64,000 bases of DNA from Bacteroidales bacterium (GCA_020201035.1 JAIVHO010000002.1:77882-141881), one strand, 5' to 3'. Shown: positions 45,374 through 56,228, counted from the first letter of the stretch. The notes: generated by a model not told the origin, from the sequence alone. Made by a program: numbers and translations.

Positions 45374-48300
45374 ATGAGAAGAGCTCTACTCCTTCCGCTA
45401 ACAACACTGATTTTGCTTGTTACCTGTGTCCCTTTAGTGGGACAAAATGGTCCTGCCGGTGTGGGAGATATGTCAAATATGCAGCTCTGGCTGAGATCCG
45501 ACAGGGATGTGATAACGATAGGCCCCAGTCAGGTTGTGATCTGGCAGGATTTATCAGGTAAGGACAGGGATTTCGGCGTGGTTGTATCGGGTCAGGATGT
45601 GCCTTCTCTGGTCCCCGGCGTTGTGAAAGGTTTTCCTGCTGTCAGATTTAGTGATAACGGCGGCGTTAACGGCCAGTTTCTGGGTTTTACCGGTGATCCC
45701 GGATTTTCCGGAAGTGATGGTGCAACGGTAATTATGGTAGCACGCAATACTACTCCTGCCAATGAACAGAACGGAGGTCTTTTTATGGGTATCCGTAATG
45801 CCGGATCTCCAAACCAGGTGCGTAATTACAGCCTTGAGTATGCTGATGGCGTAAGGATAAACGGTGCAGATCAGATATTCAGTGACGGACATACACAGGA
45901 TGACCTTAAAATGGTTATTTATCAAAATGGTGATGGTGATCAGTTACAGCAATACCAGGCCTATATCAATGGCAACCTGCTATCTTCGGCCTCATCCTCA
46001 GCAGTTGTTCCGGCAACTGCCATTGACTGGCTGCTGCTGGGAGCTACCCAGAATGACGGCACCTTTGACGGTGAGGGGTATTTTAACGGCGATATGTTTG
46101 AGGTGGTGGTATATACGGATAAACTGACTGAAGCAGAACGTATTGTGGTTGAGAACTCTCTGGGTGCTAAATATGATCTCCCTCTCAATAATGATTTTTT
46201 TAGTTTCCAGGATACTCACTATCATGATGTCTCAGGTCTGGCAAGCACCGGAGGTACAACCTTTACAAATTCATGGTCGGGGCGGGTACTTAATATAACC
46301 TCACCTGCCGGTATGTCAGAAGGGGAATACCTCTTTTATGGCAGCCAGGGAGGGAGTGTATCATCCTGGAATAACACAGAGGTCTCGTTTCCGGGAATGT
46401 ACCGAATCGACAGGGAGTGGGTATTTGACGAAACAGGAGATGTGGGGACGGTGACGGTAAATATACCGGCCTTTTCATTACCTTCTTTGCCTGCATGCTA
46501 TCAGACACTTGGTTTGCTTGTTGATCCTGACGGGGATTTCTCAGACGGCAACTCTCTGTTTTATGAAGCAACACTGGCCGCAGGAGTATATTCGGTAAAT
46601 ATTGATCCGGTAACCGGCACCCATATTACTATTGCAGTCAGAGATATTACACCTCCGGTGGCAATATGCAGGGATATAACCGTTTATCTTGATGATACAG
46701 GCAATGTGTCCATTGTTGCTGCTGATGTGGATGACGGCTCATATGACAACTGCGGCATTGCAGGTATGACTATAGACAATAGTACATTTGACTGTAGTAA
46801 TACAGGCGGCAACAATGTTTTGCTGACTGTATCAGACGGCAGCGGTAACAGTGCTTCCTGCACATCTGTGGTAACCGTGCTGGATACCATTTTCCCAACA
46901 CTTACATGTCCGGCACCCATTGCCGCAGAGTGTGCTGCTGATATTCCTGCACCCCATACCACATATGCTCTTTTTGTTTCCGACGGTGGTAGTGCATCCG
47001 ATAATTGCGGAATCGATCCCGGTTCGTTTATTCATACCGGTGATGTTTCAGATGGTAACAGCTGTCCTGAAACCATCACAAGGAGTTACAGCATAAGTGA
47101 TGTTAATGGAAATAGTATTGCCTGCTCTCAGGAAATAATAGTGAATGATCTCACTTCCCCTGTGATGATTATGCCGCCCGATATGGCGGCTGAATGTATC
47201 TCTTTAATTGATCCTCCATATACTGATTACGCAGCCTTTACGGCAGCCGGCGGATCTGCTGCTGATAACTGCGCTATCAATGAAGCAAGCTTTTCTCATG
47301 TAAGTGATGTATCTGACGGATTAGCGTGTCCTGAAACCATTACACGTACATACAGCATATCGGATAACTGCGGTAATATGGTGACAGGTACCCAGACAAT
47401 TGTAGTGATGGATACCCGCTCTCCTGATGTAACAGGCACACTGAATGATTCTGCTCTGGAGGGTTGCGAGGCCGCTGACAGACCGGCACCAGAGTCAACA
47501 GTGGCAGGTATTGAGGCTCTTGCCGGGAGCCTGTTGATTACAGATAACTGCAGCGCTGATGCGGATATTATGGTTGCCAGCTCTGATGTAATATCGGGCA
47601 GTTGCCCGGTTGAAATAGTGCGGACATATACCCTTACCGATGAATGTGGCAACAGTACCATACTTACTCACAGAATATATATCACTGATTCAACCAGCCC
47701 GGTACTTACACTCCCTCCGGATTTCTCTGTGGAGTGTGCCGGGGACCTGCCCGCTCCCTATGCCGATTATGCGGCATTGACTGCCGGTGGGGGCAGTGCA
47801 ACTGATGGCTGCGGGATTGATCAGGCCAGTTTCAGGCATTCGGGAGATGCTGATGACGGACTTACAGATCCAAAAACCATTTCACGAACCTACGAAATAT
47901 CTGACCTGTGCGGTAACACTGCTCAGGCGATCCAGCTGATAGTTATTGATGATGTAACAGATCCTGTTATACCTGTTCTTCCGGATATATCGGAAGAGTG
48001 CTCGGTAACCCTTACTCCACCCACCACTACAGATAATTGTGCGGGAACAGTGACCGGGACAACATCAGATCCTTTAACCTACAACAGTGAAGGAAGCTAT
48101 CTGGTTACATGGTCCTTTGATGATGGCGACGGAAATGTGGTGACCGCTCCGCAGAATATTCACATTGATGATATTACACCTCCGGTTCCGGATGTGGCAT
48201 CACTGCCTGATATAACCGGCGATTGCAGTGTTACAATACCATCCGTACCCACTGCCACAGATAACTGTGCCGGCCCGATAAGTGCAACAACTACAGATCC

Positions 48301-51300
48301 TGTTGTATATAATACTCTTGGAACATACTCCATTACATGGACCTATAATGATGGAAATGGTAATGTATCCACCCAGACACAGACGGTTATAGTGTCTGAT
48401 GATATATCTCCTCTCCCTGATGAAGATCCGTTGCCGGATGTTACAATTCAATGTAACGGAACTGTGCCTGTTATACCTACAGCAACGGATAACTGTGCAG
48501 GCGTGATTGCCGGAACTACATCTGACCCTCTTACATACTCCTCCCCCGGTAACTATTCAGTTACATGGACCTATGATGACGGCAATGGAAATTCTGTTTC
48601 TCAAATACAGAATATCCTGGTTCAGGATACCACGGAGCCTGTACCGGATGTTGCAGTGCTTCCTGATCTTACAGGTGAATGCGGCGTTACAGTAACTCTG
48701 GTGCCTACTGCTACTGACGAATGTGCAGGAACCATAACAGGAACAACAACCGATCCCCTGGTTTATACGGTCCAGGGTGTATATTCAATTACCTGGACCT
48801 ACAGTGACGGTAACGGAAACAGTGTTGATCAGGTGCAGAATGTAATTGTGGATGATATAACTGACCCTGTCCCCGATATTGCAATACTTCCTGATCTTAC
48901 AGATCAGTGCGGTGTAATTGTAACAACACCCCCTGAGGCAACTGATAACTGTGCCGGGACACTGGTGGCTACAACCACGGATCCCCTGACATACAGCAGC
49001 CAGGGAACATTTATCATTACATGGGTTTATGATGATGGTAACGGAAACAGTGTTCAACAGACACAGAATGTGATTATTAATGATATTACACAACCTGTCC
49101 CTGATAATCCCACCCTGACTGATATAAGTGAGGAGTGTTCGGTAACGACACTTAGTGCGCCTTCAGCAACAGATAATTGTTCAGGAACAGTTTATGGTAC
49201 TCACAATGTATCTTTACCGGTTACAGCAAGCGGACTTACAGTTGTGACATGGACATATGATGATGGTAACGGAAACCAGGTAACCCAGACTCAGAATATA
49301 TTAATTGCAGATATCACACCGCCATCCCTTGTTACAAAAGATGCTGTTGTGGAGATAGGGGCAGGCGGAACAGTAACCATTGACAGCTCATATGTTTTTG
49401 ATATTCTTCTTTCAGGCGATAACTGCGGTGATTATATGGTTATCCCTGAGCGTACTACATTCACCTGCGCTGATCTGGGGGATAATGTTATAAATGTCAC
49501 TGCAACCGATCTTGCAGGAAACAGCGTTACGGGAACTGCAACAGTGACAGTGACTGATCCGTCAGTGATTGCAGTTGAAGCCGGGCCTGATGATTCATTG
49601 TGTTTCACCGACCCCGGTTACGCAATAACAGGGGCTTCAGTTGTAAATGGCACAGTACTGTGGGGCACTACCGGGGACGGATCATTCAATGATCCAACGC
49701 TTTTAAATCCGGTTTATACCCCGGGAGTTACTGACAGCGACAGTGTAAAGCTATATATCGATGCAACTGCGGTAGTGGGTTGCAAAATTGCGTCTGATAC
49801 CCTTAAACTTTCTCTCTTTAATGCTCCGGTGGCTGATGCCGGTCCTGATACCGAAGTGTGCAAAGGAGTCGCAACGGTTGATATTACGGGTGCATCCTAC
49901 GCTGAGGGGTCAGTTTTATGGACTACCTCAGGTGATGGCTCTTTTGATGACCCAACAATCATTAACCCGGTTTACACCCTTGGGAGTAATGATACCGACA
50001 CCGGAATGGTGACAATTACACTTACTGTTACCAGCGATGGTCCGTGTGATGCAGCTGTTGATGATATGGTGGTGACAATAAGCACAATAGGATTCAATGT
50101 GGATAAACACAGCGATATTACATGCAATGGCCTTACAGACGGAGTGATAGAGATCAGCGGAAGCGGTGGTGCTCCTCCCTATCTATACAGCATTAACAGT
50201 TCTCCTTATCAGGCAGGTGGAGAATTTACGGGTCTGGTTGCCGGGGATTATCTGTTAAGTGTAATGGATCAGAATGGTTGTGTGTATGATTCAACGATTA
50301 CAATAATTGCCCCCGATCCATTTACATACAGCCTTGATAACGTCTCCGGAATAACCTGTTTCGGTGAAAATGACGGCTCAGTATCAATAACCATTAATGG
50401 CGGTACAGAACCTTATATTATCAGTTGGAGTGGTCCGGACGGATTTCTTTCAACTGATGAGGATATTACCGGGCTCTCTGCCGGCGATTATACACTTTCC
50501 CTTACCGATGCAAATAACTGCGCGGTATATACAACAACAGAGACCATTACTGAACCCCCACAGATTTCTGTTACACTGGATGCACTCTCTGACTATAATG
50601 GATATGGAGTAAGCTGTGCCGGGAGTTCTGACGGGTCAATTGATGTATCGGTTTCAGGAGGAATAGGAACCCTTGTTCTTTTATGGACCGGTCCTGATTC
50701 CTTCTCATCTTCAGATGAGGATCTGACAGACCTGTCAGGTGGAGTGTATACACTTACTGTTACCGATGATGCAGGATGCTCCATGATGCTGGATGTTACT
50801 CTGGCTGAGCCTTCACCAATAGAGATTACATATATTGTTACGGATGCTGATTGTCCTGATGAGGAAAACGGAGCAATTGATCTGACAGTAAGCGGGGGAG
50901 TACCTTCGTATATCTTTGCATGGAACGATGGTTTTACATTTGAGGACAGAACCGGAGTACTGCCTGCCGATTATACTGTTACCGTTACTGATGTCAATGG
51001 CTGCAGGGAACAGGCAGTCATACCTGTTGGCTTTACCGGAACCAATTGTCTGGTTGTTTATGAGGTGATTACTCCCGGCGTGGTGGATGGCAGGAATGAC
51101 GAGCTGATAATCCGTAATATAGAACTCTATCCCAATGCTGAGATAAGGATATTTACCCGGTGGGGCAAGCTTGTTTTTCAGACGAAAAACCCCGGTGAGA
51201 ATCGTTGGGATGGTACATATAAGGGCAATCCGCTTCCTGTTGATTCATACCATTACATCCTGGATACCGGCGATGGCAGAAAACCGGTTACAGGTACCAT

Positions 51301-51316
51301 TACAATTGTTAGATAG
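45374..51316 (+). CDS. giant T9SS-secreted adhesin-like protein (LamG-like domain, HYR-like Ig repeats, SprB repeats, type-B T9SS C-terminal domain)
   Basis: 1980 aa, signal peptide. LamG-like N-domain ending FNGDMFEVVVY...AERIVVENSLGAKY. Four units of about 90 aa and six units of about 76 aa with (T/S)ATDNC(A/S)G...W(T/S)Y(D/N)DGNGN. Five C.G..DG...GG.PPY SprB-type repeats. C-terminal ...ITPGVVDGRNDELIIRNIE...WDGTYKG..LP...YHYIL (CHU_C-type CTD). Confidence 0.9.
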   Translation: MRRALLLPLTTLILLVTCVPLVGQNGPAGVGDMSNMQLWLRSDRDVITIGPSQVVIWQDLSGKDRDFGVVVSGQDVPSLVPGVVKGFPAVRFSDNGGVNGQFLGFTGDPGFSGSDGATVIMVARNTTPANEQNGGLFMGIRNAGSPNQVRNYSLEYADGVRINGADQIFSDGHTQDDLKMVIYQNGDGDQLQQYQAYINGNLLSSASSSAVVPATAIDWLLLGATQNDGTFDGEGYFNGDMFEVVVYTDKLTEAERIVVENSLGAKYDLPLNNDFFSFQDTHYHDVSGLASTGGTTFTNSWSGRVLNITSPAGMSEGEYLFYGSQGGSVSSWNNTEVSFPGMYRIDREWVFDETGDVGTVTVNIPAFSLPSLPACYQTLGLLVDPDGDFSDGNSLFYEATLAAGVYSVNIDPVTGTHITIAVRDITPPVAICRDITVYLDDTGNVSIVAADVDDGSYDNCGIAGMTIDNSTFDCSNTGGNNVLLTVSDGSGNSASCTSVVTVLDTIFPTLTCPAPIAAECAADIPAPHTTYALFVSDGGSASDNCGIDPGSFIHTGDVSDGNSCPETITRSYSISDVNGNSIACSQEIIVNDLTSPVMIMPPDMAAECISLIDPPYTDYAAFTAAGGSAADNCAINEASFSHVSDVSDGLACPETITRTYSISDNCGNMVTGTQTIVVMDTRSPDVTGTLNDSALEGCEAADRPAPESTVAGIEALAGSLLITDNCSADADIMVASSDVISGSCPVEIVRTYTLTDECGNSTILTHRIYITDSTSPVLTLPPDFSVECAGDLPAPYADYAALTAGGGSATDGCGIDQASFRHSGDADDGLTDPKTISRTYEISDLCGNTAQAIQLIVIDDVTDPVIPVLPDISEECSVTLTPPTTTDNCAGTVTGTTSDPLTYNSEGSYLVTWSFDDGDGNVVTAPQNIHIDDITPPVPDVASLPDITGDCSVTIPSVPTATDNCAGPISATTTDPVVYNTLGTYSITWTYNDGNGNVSTQTQTVIVSDDISPLPDEDPLPDVTIQCNGTVPVIPTATDNCAGVIAGTTSDPLTYSSPGNYSVTWTYDDGNGNSVSQIQNILVQDTTEPVPDVAVLPDLTGECGVTVTLVPTATDECAGTITGTTTDPLVYTVQGVYSITWTYSDGNGNSVDQVQNVIVDDITDPVPDIAILPDLTDQCGVIVTTPPEATDNCAGTLVATTTDPLTYSSQGTFIITWVYDDGNGNSVQQTQNVIINDITQPVPDNPTLTDISEECSVTTLSAPSATDNCSGTVYGTHNVSLPVTASGLTVVTWTYDDGNGNQVTQTQNILIADITPPSLVTKDAVVEIGAGGTVTIDSSYVFDILLSGDNCGDYMVIPERTTFTCADLGDNVINVTATDLAGNSVTGTATVTVTDPSVIAVEAGPDDSLCFTDPGYAITGASVVNGTVLWGTTGDGSFNDPTLLNPVYTPGVTDSDSVKLYIDATAVVGCKIASDTLKLSLFNAPVADAGPDTEVCKGVATVDITGASYAEGSVLWTTSGDGSFDDPTIINPVYTLGSNDTDTGMVTITLTVTSDGPCDAAVDDMVVTISTIGFNVDKHSDITCNGLTDGVIEISGSGGAPPYLYSINSSPYQAGGEFTGLVAGDYLLSVMDQNGCVYDSTITIIAPDPFTYSLDNVSGITCFGENDGSVSITINGGTEPYIISWSGPDGFLSTDEDITGLSAGDYTLSLTDANNCAVYTTTETITEPPQISVTLDALSDYNGYGVSCAGSSDGSIDVSVSGGIGTLVLLWTGPDSFSSSDEDLTDLSGGVYTLTVTDDAGCSMMLDVTLAEPSPIEITYIVTDADCPDEENGAIDLTVSGGVPSYIFAWNDGFTFEDRTGVLPADYTVTVTDVNGCREQAVIPVGFTGTNCLVVYEVITPGVVDGRNDELIIRNIELYPNAEIRIFTRWGKLVFQTKNPGENRWDGTYKGNPLPVDSYHYILDTGDGRKPVTGTITIVR
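47948..49306 (+). repeat. intragenic tandem repeats, six units of about 228 bp (76 aa) inside the adhesin gene
   Basis: Each unit begins D(D/T)(I/V)T.PVPD... and contains ATDNCAG and TWTYDDGNGN. Confidence 0.85.
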
Positions 51317-51318
51317 TT

Positions 51319-52329
51319 ATGACTAAAAACCCGGGCCTGATGAAACTGATAAGCAGAACACTGATAATCGTTGCCGGAATTATACTGGGAATTAATCTCC
51401 ATGCCCAGCAGGTTCCGATGTACAGTCAGTATGTAATGAATGGCTTTCTGATAAACCCCTCTCTGGCAGGTAATGATGGTTATACATCAGTAAACCTTAC
51501 AGCAAGGGAGCAGTGGCTTGGCTTTCCAGGTTCACCCAGTACTTATGCTGCCAGTTTTCAGACCCGACTCCTGAAGGATAGCTATATACAGAAGTCAACT
51601 TCTGTCAGGAGGAAGATGGTACGCCCTACCCGGGGCGGACGGGTTGGTCTGGGAGGATATGTTTTTAATGACCGTAACGGAATAATAAGCAGAACAGGAT
51701 TTGAGCTGGCTTATGCCTATCATATCCCTGTCAGTGACAATAACCAGCTATCTTTTGGCCTGGGAGCAACAGCCTACCAGTTTGCCATTGATCTTGAAGG
51801 GGCTTTACTGGCACATACGGATGACGAATTCCTGAATAATTATGACAGGGTGGTTTATATACCCGATTTCAACTTCGGGGCCAGTTATACAACACCACGG
51901 TACTATCTGGGTTTTGCTGCCACACAGCTCTTCAGGGGATCGCTTATCCTGGGCAATTCATCTGATAATGAACGGACACAACTGGGTCACTTTTTTCTTT
52001 CAGGGGGGATAAAGATACCCCTTGAGAATGACTGGATGGTTGAACCTTCTGCCCTTCTAAAATCATCAGATATGCTGTTTAAGTCGTTTCAGGCCGATCT
52101 TACAACCAGGGTATATTACCGGGAGAACTACTGGCTGGGATTGTCGTACCGGACTCAGGATGCACTGATATTGCTGCTCGGGTTTACTTATGACAGGTTC
52201 TTCTTCTCTTATGCCTATGACCTGATCCTGACAGATATACGTAACCACAGTTCGGGCTCCCATGAACTATCGTTTGCCGTGAAGTTTGGTGACAGCGCAA
52301 GAAGATACCGGTGGCTTAACAGATATTGA
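51319..52329 (+). CDS. PorP/SprF-family T9SS membrane protein (cognate partner of the type-B CTD cargo)
   Basis: 336 aa. AQQVPMYSQYVMNGFLINPSLAG is the family consensus N-terminus. Starts 2 nt after the adhesin stop. Confidence 0.9.
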   Translation: MTKNPGLMKLISRTLIIVAGIILGINLHAQQVPMYSQYVMNGFLINPSLAGNDGYTSVNLTAREQWLGFPGSPSTYAASFQTRLLKDSYIQKSTSVRRKMVRPTRGGRVGLGGYVFNDRNGIISRTGFELAYAYHIPVSDNNQLSFGLGATAYQFAIDLEGALLAHTDDEFLNNYDRVVYIPDFNFGASYTTPRYYLGFAATQLFRGSLILGNSSDNERTQLGHFFLSGGIKIPLENDWMVEPSALLKSSDMLFKSFQADLTTRVYYRENYWLGLSYRTQDALILLLGFTYDRFFFSYAYDLILTDIRNHSSGSHELSFAVKFGDSARRYRWLNRY

Positions 52330-52356
52330 CCCCATTCCTCCCATTAATGACCCGTT

Positions 52357-53778
52357 ATGCACAGGTTCGTTCTCTTTATCTCTCTTATTTCAATAGTGGC
52401 CCTTTCATGCAGTGAAAGAGTTTTTATGGAAGAGGAGGGTATTGTTCCGCTCTTTTCAGAGGATACTATCCGCTTTGATACTGTATTTACTGTGGCCGGA
52501 AGTACTACAAAAGAGCTGAGGGTGGTAAATCCGTACAACAGGTGGGTGAAAATTGACAGAATATTCCTTGAAGGGGAGGGGGAGTCTTCATTCAGGATCA
52601 ATGTAGACGGAATGCCGGGTGGGGCAGAGAATATCAATATAGCGCCCGGGGATAGTATATTTATCTTTATTGATCTTATGGCAGATCCGTCTGGAGAGGA
52701 TATACCGGTATTCCTTACTGATTCAGTGATATTCGATGTCGCTGGCACCATCAGCCAGGTTATTCTGGAGGCCTGGGGTCAGGATATACACCTTATAAGT
52801 GACGAGATAGTTAAAACTTCCCTATGGGGGGCGGGAAAGCCCTGGGTAATATGGAATTCAATGGTTGTTGATACCGGTGAGGTGCTTACAGTTGAGGCTG
52901 GAGCGAGACTGTTGTTTCACAGAGGAGCCACAATGTTTGTCGCCGGCACTCTAATAGTAAACGGGGAGTATGATAATAAGGTGATCTTTAGCAGTGACCG
53001 TACTGAGGCTGCATATAATGATGTTCCCGGTCAGTGGAACGGAATTGTCTTTTTAAACGGAAGCAGTTCAAACTATATTGATAATACGGTTATAAAGAAC
53101 GGGACCAGTGCCATTCAGCTTGGAAACCTCTTCTCAGAGGAGGCTCCTCCTGACCTGTCTATAACCAATACTATAATCCGGCATATGACTGTGGGCGGGA
53201 TCTCATCACTCGGTGGAACGGTTACAGCCGCAAACTGTGATATAGGGCATTGCGGGTTCTATGCACTCTATTTTGCCATGGGAGGCAGTTACTCTGTGAC
53301 CCACTGTACTATTGCCAATTTGTGGGAATACTCAACACGGGTTACTCCCTCTGTGCTGATTTCCGATTACTATGATTATGATGGTACGAGGTTCACAGGT
53401 ACACTGGAAGGAGCTGCCTTTGCAAACAGCGTTGTCGCGGGAACTCTCAGAAGTGAGATATTGATCCTCCCTTCCGGCAGCGAAACGGAACTTCCATGCT
53501 CATTCATAGATTCATGGCTGGATATTGACAATACCGATCCTTTGTGGTTGCAATATGAACTCACGGGAGTAGTAACGGGTGATGATCCCATATTTGTCGA
53601 TTTTACGGGTTATGATTTCCGGCCCGATTCACTGTCACCACTCATAGACGCTGCGGGAACAGATGCTGCACTGTTATGGCCCACCGATATACGCGGACTG
53701 GACAGACTTTCTGATTCCCGACCCGATATCGGGGCGTATGAACGACAGCCAGGAGAGAACGATGAAAAGAGTAAATAG
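52357..53778 (+). CDS. lipoprotein with right-handed parallel beta-helix repeats
   Basis: Lipobox ALSCS. Repeated ..N..I.... beta-helix rungs. C-terminal DIGAYE motif common in beta-helix 'choice-of-anchor'-type proteins. Confidence 0.7.
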   Translation: MHRFVLFISLISIVALSCSERVFMEEEGIVPLFSEDTIRFDTVFTVAGSTTKELRVVNPYNRWVKIDRIFLEGEGESSFRINVDGMPGGAENINIAPGDSIFIFIDLMADPSGEDIPVFLTDSVIFDVAGTISQVILEAWGQDIHLISDEIVKTSLWGAGKPWVIWNSMVVDTGEVLTVEAGARLLFHRGATMFVAGTLIVNGEYDNKVIFSSDRTEAAYNDVPGQWNGIVFLNGSSSNYIDNTVIKNGTSAIQLGNLFSEEAPPDLSITNTIIRHMTVGGISSLGGTVTAANCDIGHCGFYALYFAMGGSYSVTHCTIANLWEYSTRVTPSVLISDYYDYDGTRFTGTLEGAAFANSVVAGTLRSEILILPSGSETELPCSFIDSWLDIDNTDPLWLQYELTGVVTGDDPIFVDFTGYDFRPDSLSPLIDAAGTDAALLWPTDIRGLDRLSDSRPDIGAYERQPGENDEKSK

Positions 53779-54829
53779 CTTCCCGGAAAAAATGGTTTTT
53801 ATACCAGCAATCCTGATCCTGCTGCTGTTATCTCCTCTAAACAGTACCACAGGATATTCACAGGAGAAGACCTTAATGTTTTATAATGTTGAAAACCTGT
53901 TTGATACAATCGACTGCCATCTCGATGATGATGAATTTCTTCCCTCTTCACCACGCAGATGGGGATCGTACCGGTACTACAGTAAGCTTAACAACCTGTT
54001 CAGGGTAATTGTAACCGCCAACGGATGGAATCTCCCACAGGTTATTGGACTCTGCGAGGTGGAAAATAAAGACGTTATTGATGACCTTCTTCGATATACA
54101 TACCTTTCAAGACATAACTATACTGCAATTTTTGCTGAATCAGCTGATATCCGGGGAATAGGAGTGGCCCTGCTGGTGGATACATCCTCCTTTACTATAT
54201 TGGATAAAACGGTTGTTGTTCCTGTTGATGATAAGGGTGAAGCAATGGATACCCGGTCAGTGCTTTTTGCCAGACTGGCTGACAATATTGACACCATCAC
54301 CGTTGTTGTGACCCACTGGCCCTCAAGGTGGGGTGGGGTAGCCGCTACTGATCCCCTCAGGGCAAGGGTGGCGTCTCTGATTTCAGATGAGCTGGAATTA
54401 ACAAGGGAGAAGCATGGAAGGGATGAAAAGATAATCGTGATGGGTGACCTTAACAGCGATCCGGATGATCCTGTTGTGACAGATGTGCTGGGAACAGAGA
54501 GCAGTGATAGGAACAGTACCGGTAATGAACTGGTTAATCTGTCACGGTATGAGGAGGAGACTTATTACGGAACATATAAATACAGGGGCACCTGGTCTCT
54601 GTTTGATCAGATTATCGTATCGGGATCCCTGGTAAACTCCTCTGCGGGATATTCCATCAGCGGGGAAGGATACAGGATATTCAGTGACAGTTACCTGCTG
54701 GTTCCTGATGAAACATATAACGGATTTAAACCTTTCAGAACATGGCGCGGACCCGTATGGGAAGGAGGCTACAGCGACCATCTTCCTGTACTGGTTACCG
54801 TTACCTGCCAGCGTCCGGATGTGGAGTAA
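53762..54829 (+). CDS. secreted endonuclease/exonuclease/phosphatase (EEP) family protein
   Basis: Start at ATG 53762 (MKRVNSF.. plus signal peptide), overlapping the upstream stop by 17 nt. EEP motifs LCEVEN, GDLNSDP and SDHLPV. Confidence 0.8.
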   Translation: MKRVNSFPEKMVFIPAILILLLLSPLNSTTGYSQEKTLMFYNVENLFDTIDCHLDDDEFLPSSPRRWGSYRYYSKLNNLFRVIVTANGWNLPQVIGLCEVENKDVIDDLLRYTYLSRHNYTAIFAESADIRGIGVALLVDTSSFTILDKTVVVPVDDKGEAMDTRSVLFARLADNIDTITVVVTHWPSRWGGVAATDPLRARVASLISDELELTREKHGRDEKIIVMGDLNSDPDDPVVTDVLGTESSDRNSTGNELVNLSRYEEETYYGTYKYRGTWSLFDQIIVSGSLVNSSAGYSISGEGYRIFSDSYLLVPDETYNGFKPFRTWRGPVWEGGYSDHLPVLVTVTCQRPDVE

Positions 54830-56228
54830 GGCCCATCTCCTTACCCTTTTCTATCATTAAACCGTAGGCAGCATCGTGGTTATTTGGAATAATCCCTTCG
54901 AGGATAGATTCCCTGATAATGTTCTTGATAATTCCTATTTCTCGTCCCGGACCAATACTGAAGGTGGCCATAATATCCTCTCCGCTTATCGGAGGCTGGA
55001 AATTCATTAGCTGATCCCTCTCCTCAATCTCCTTCAGTTTGGCGACCACAATACTGAAATTCTTCATATGCTCCTGTACCTTCTTCCTGTTTTTTGAAGT
55101 AATGTCTGCCTTGCAAAGGATCATAAGGTCATCAATCTCGTTACCGGCATCGAACAGAAGACGCCTGATGGCGGAATCCGTTATGTTTTCACCGGAGAGA
55201 GAGATAGGCCGCAGGTGAAGCGCTACAAGCTTACTCACATATTTCATCTTCTCATTCATGGGTAGTTTGAGCCTCTTGAATATTCCCGGAACCATTTTTG
55301 ATCCCCTGTACTCATGACCGTGGAAGGTCCATCCGGTGCCCTCAATAAATCTCTTTGTTACAGGCTTGGCAATATCATGAAGAAGTGCAGCCCACCTCAG
55401 GTATAGATCGTCACTCTCCCTGCTGACATTATCAAGTACCTGCAGTGTATGATCAAAATTGTCCTTGTGCCCTTTTGTCCCTACCGTATCAACTCCTTTA
55501 AGATTATGAAGCTCGGGGAAGAAATGGAAAAGCAATCCGGTATCAAGCATCAGCGTAATTCCGGACGAGGGCTTACTGCATAACATCACCTTGTTGAACT
55601 CGGTAATAATTCTCTCAGCAGAGACTATCTTTATTCTATCGGCATTGCGGGTGATTGAGGCCAGTGTGGGGGGGGCAATGGAGAAGTTAAGTTGCGTGGC
55701 AAACCGTATTGCTCTCATCATTCTGAGCGGATCATCTGAGAAAGTTCTGTCCGGATCAAGTGGGGTGCGTATGATCCTGGATTCAATATCCTTAACACCG
55801 TCAAAAGGATCAACAAGAGTTCCGAAATCCTTCTCGTTCAGGCTTATTGCCAGCGCATTAATGGTGAAGTCGCGACGCAACTGATCATCTCTTAAAGTAC
55901 CTTCCTCAACAGCAGGTTTCCTGGAATCTGCCCGGTACGACTCTTTTCTGGCGCCAACAAACTCAAAGGTGTAGCCACCAAATTTGAACATGGCAGTGCC
56001 GAAATTCCGGTATTTAACAACCTTTATCCCTTTTCCGAGTCCCCTGGCTATCTCAGTGGCCGTGTCTATCCCATTACCGGCAACAACAATATCAATATCC
56101 ATCCCGCTGTTCTCCCTTTCCATTATGCAATCCCTGACAAAGCCACCAATTACATAGATATCCTTTCCTGAATCAGCGACAATTCTGGATATTTTACTGA
56201 AAATTATGTCATTTATACATTTCTTCAT
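54801..56228 (-). CDS. tRNA nucleotidyltransferase (CCA-adding/poly(A) polymerase family) with an HD domain
   Basis: 475 aa. GGFVRD...DIDIVV head domain, then LLHDIAKP (HD). Confidence 0.8.
   Translation of the reverse strand: MKKCINDIIFSKISRIVADSGKDIYVIGGFVRDCIMERENSGMDIDIVVAGNGIDTATEIARGLGKGIKVVKYRNFGTAMFKFGGYTFEFVGARKESYRADSRKPAVEEGTLRDDQLRRDFTINALAISLNEKDFGTLVDPFDGVKDIESRIIRTPLDPDRTFSDDPLRMMRAIRFATQLNFSIAPPTLASITRNADRIKIVSAERIITEFNKVMLCSKPSSGITLMLDTGLLFHFFPELHNLKGVDTVGTKGHKDNFDHTLQVLDNVSRESDDLYLRWAALLHDIAKPVTKRFIEGTGWTFHGHEYRGSKMVPGIFKRLKLPMNEKMKYVSKLVALHLRPISLSGENITDSAIRRLLFDAGNEIDDLMILCKADITSKNRKKVQEHMKNFSIVVAKLKEIEERDQLMNFQPPISGEDIMATFSIGPGREIGIIKNIIRESILEGIIPNNHDAAYGLMIEKGKEMGLTPHPDAGR

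Noticed and set aside
45554-50784. Numerous 60-123-aa alternative-frame and antisense ORFs inside the adhesin gene
   Set aside because: They are by-products of the internal repeats and the T/S/D/G-rich codon usage of a continuous 1980-aa ORF.
52344-52751. 135-aa ORF antisense to the 5' end of the beta-helix lipoprotein gene
   Set aside because: Shadow ORF. The + frame has a lipoprotein signal and is continuous for 473 aa.
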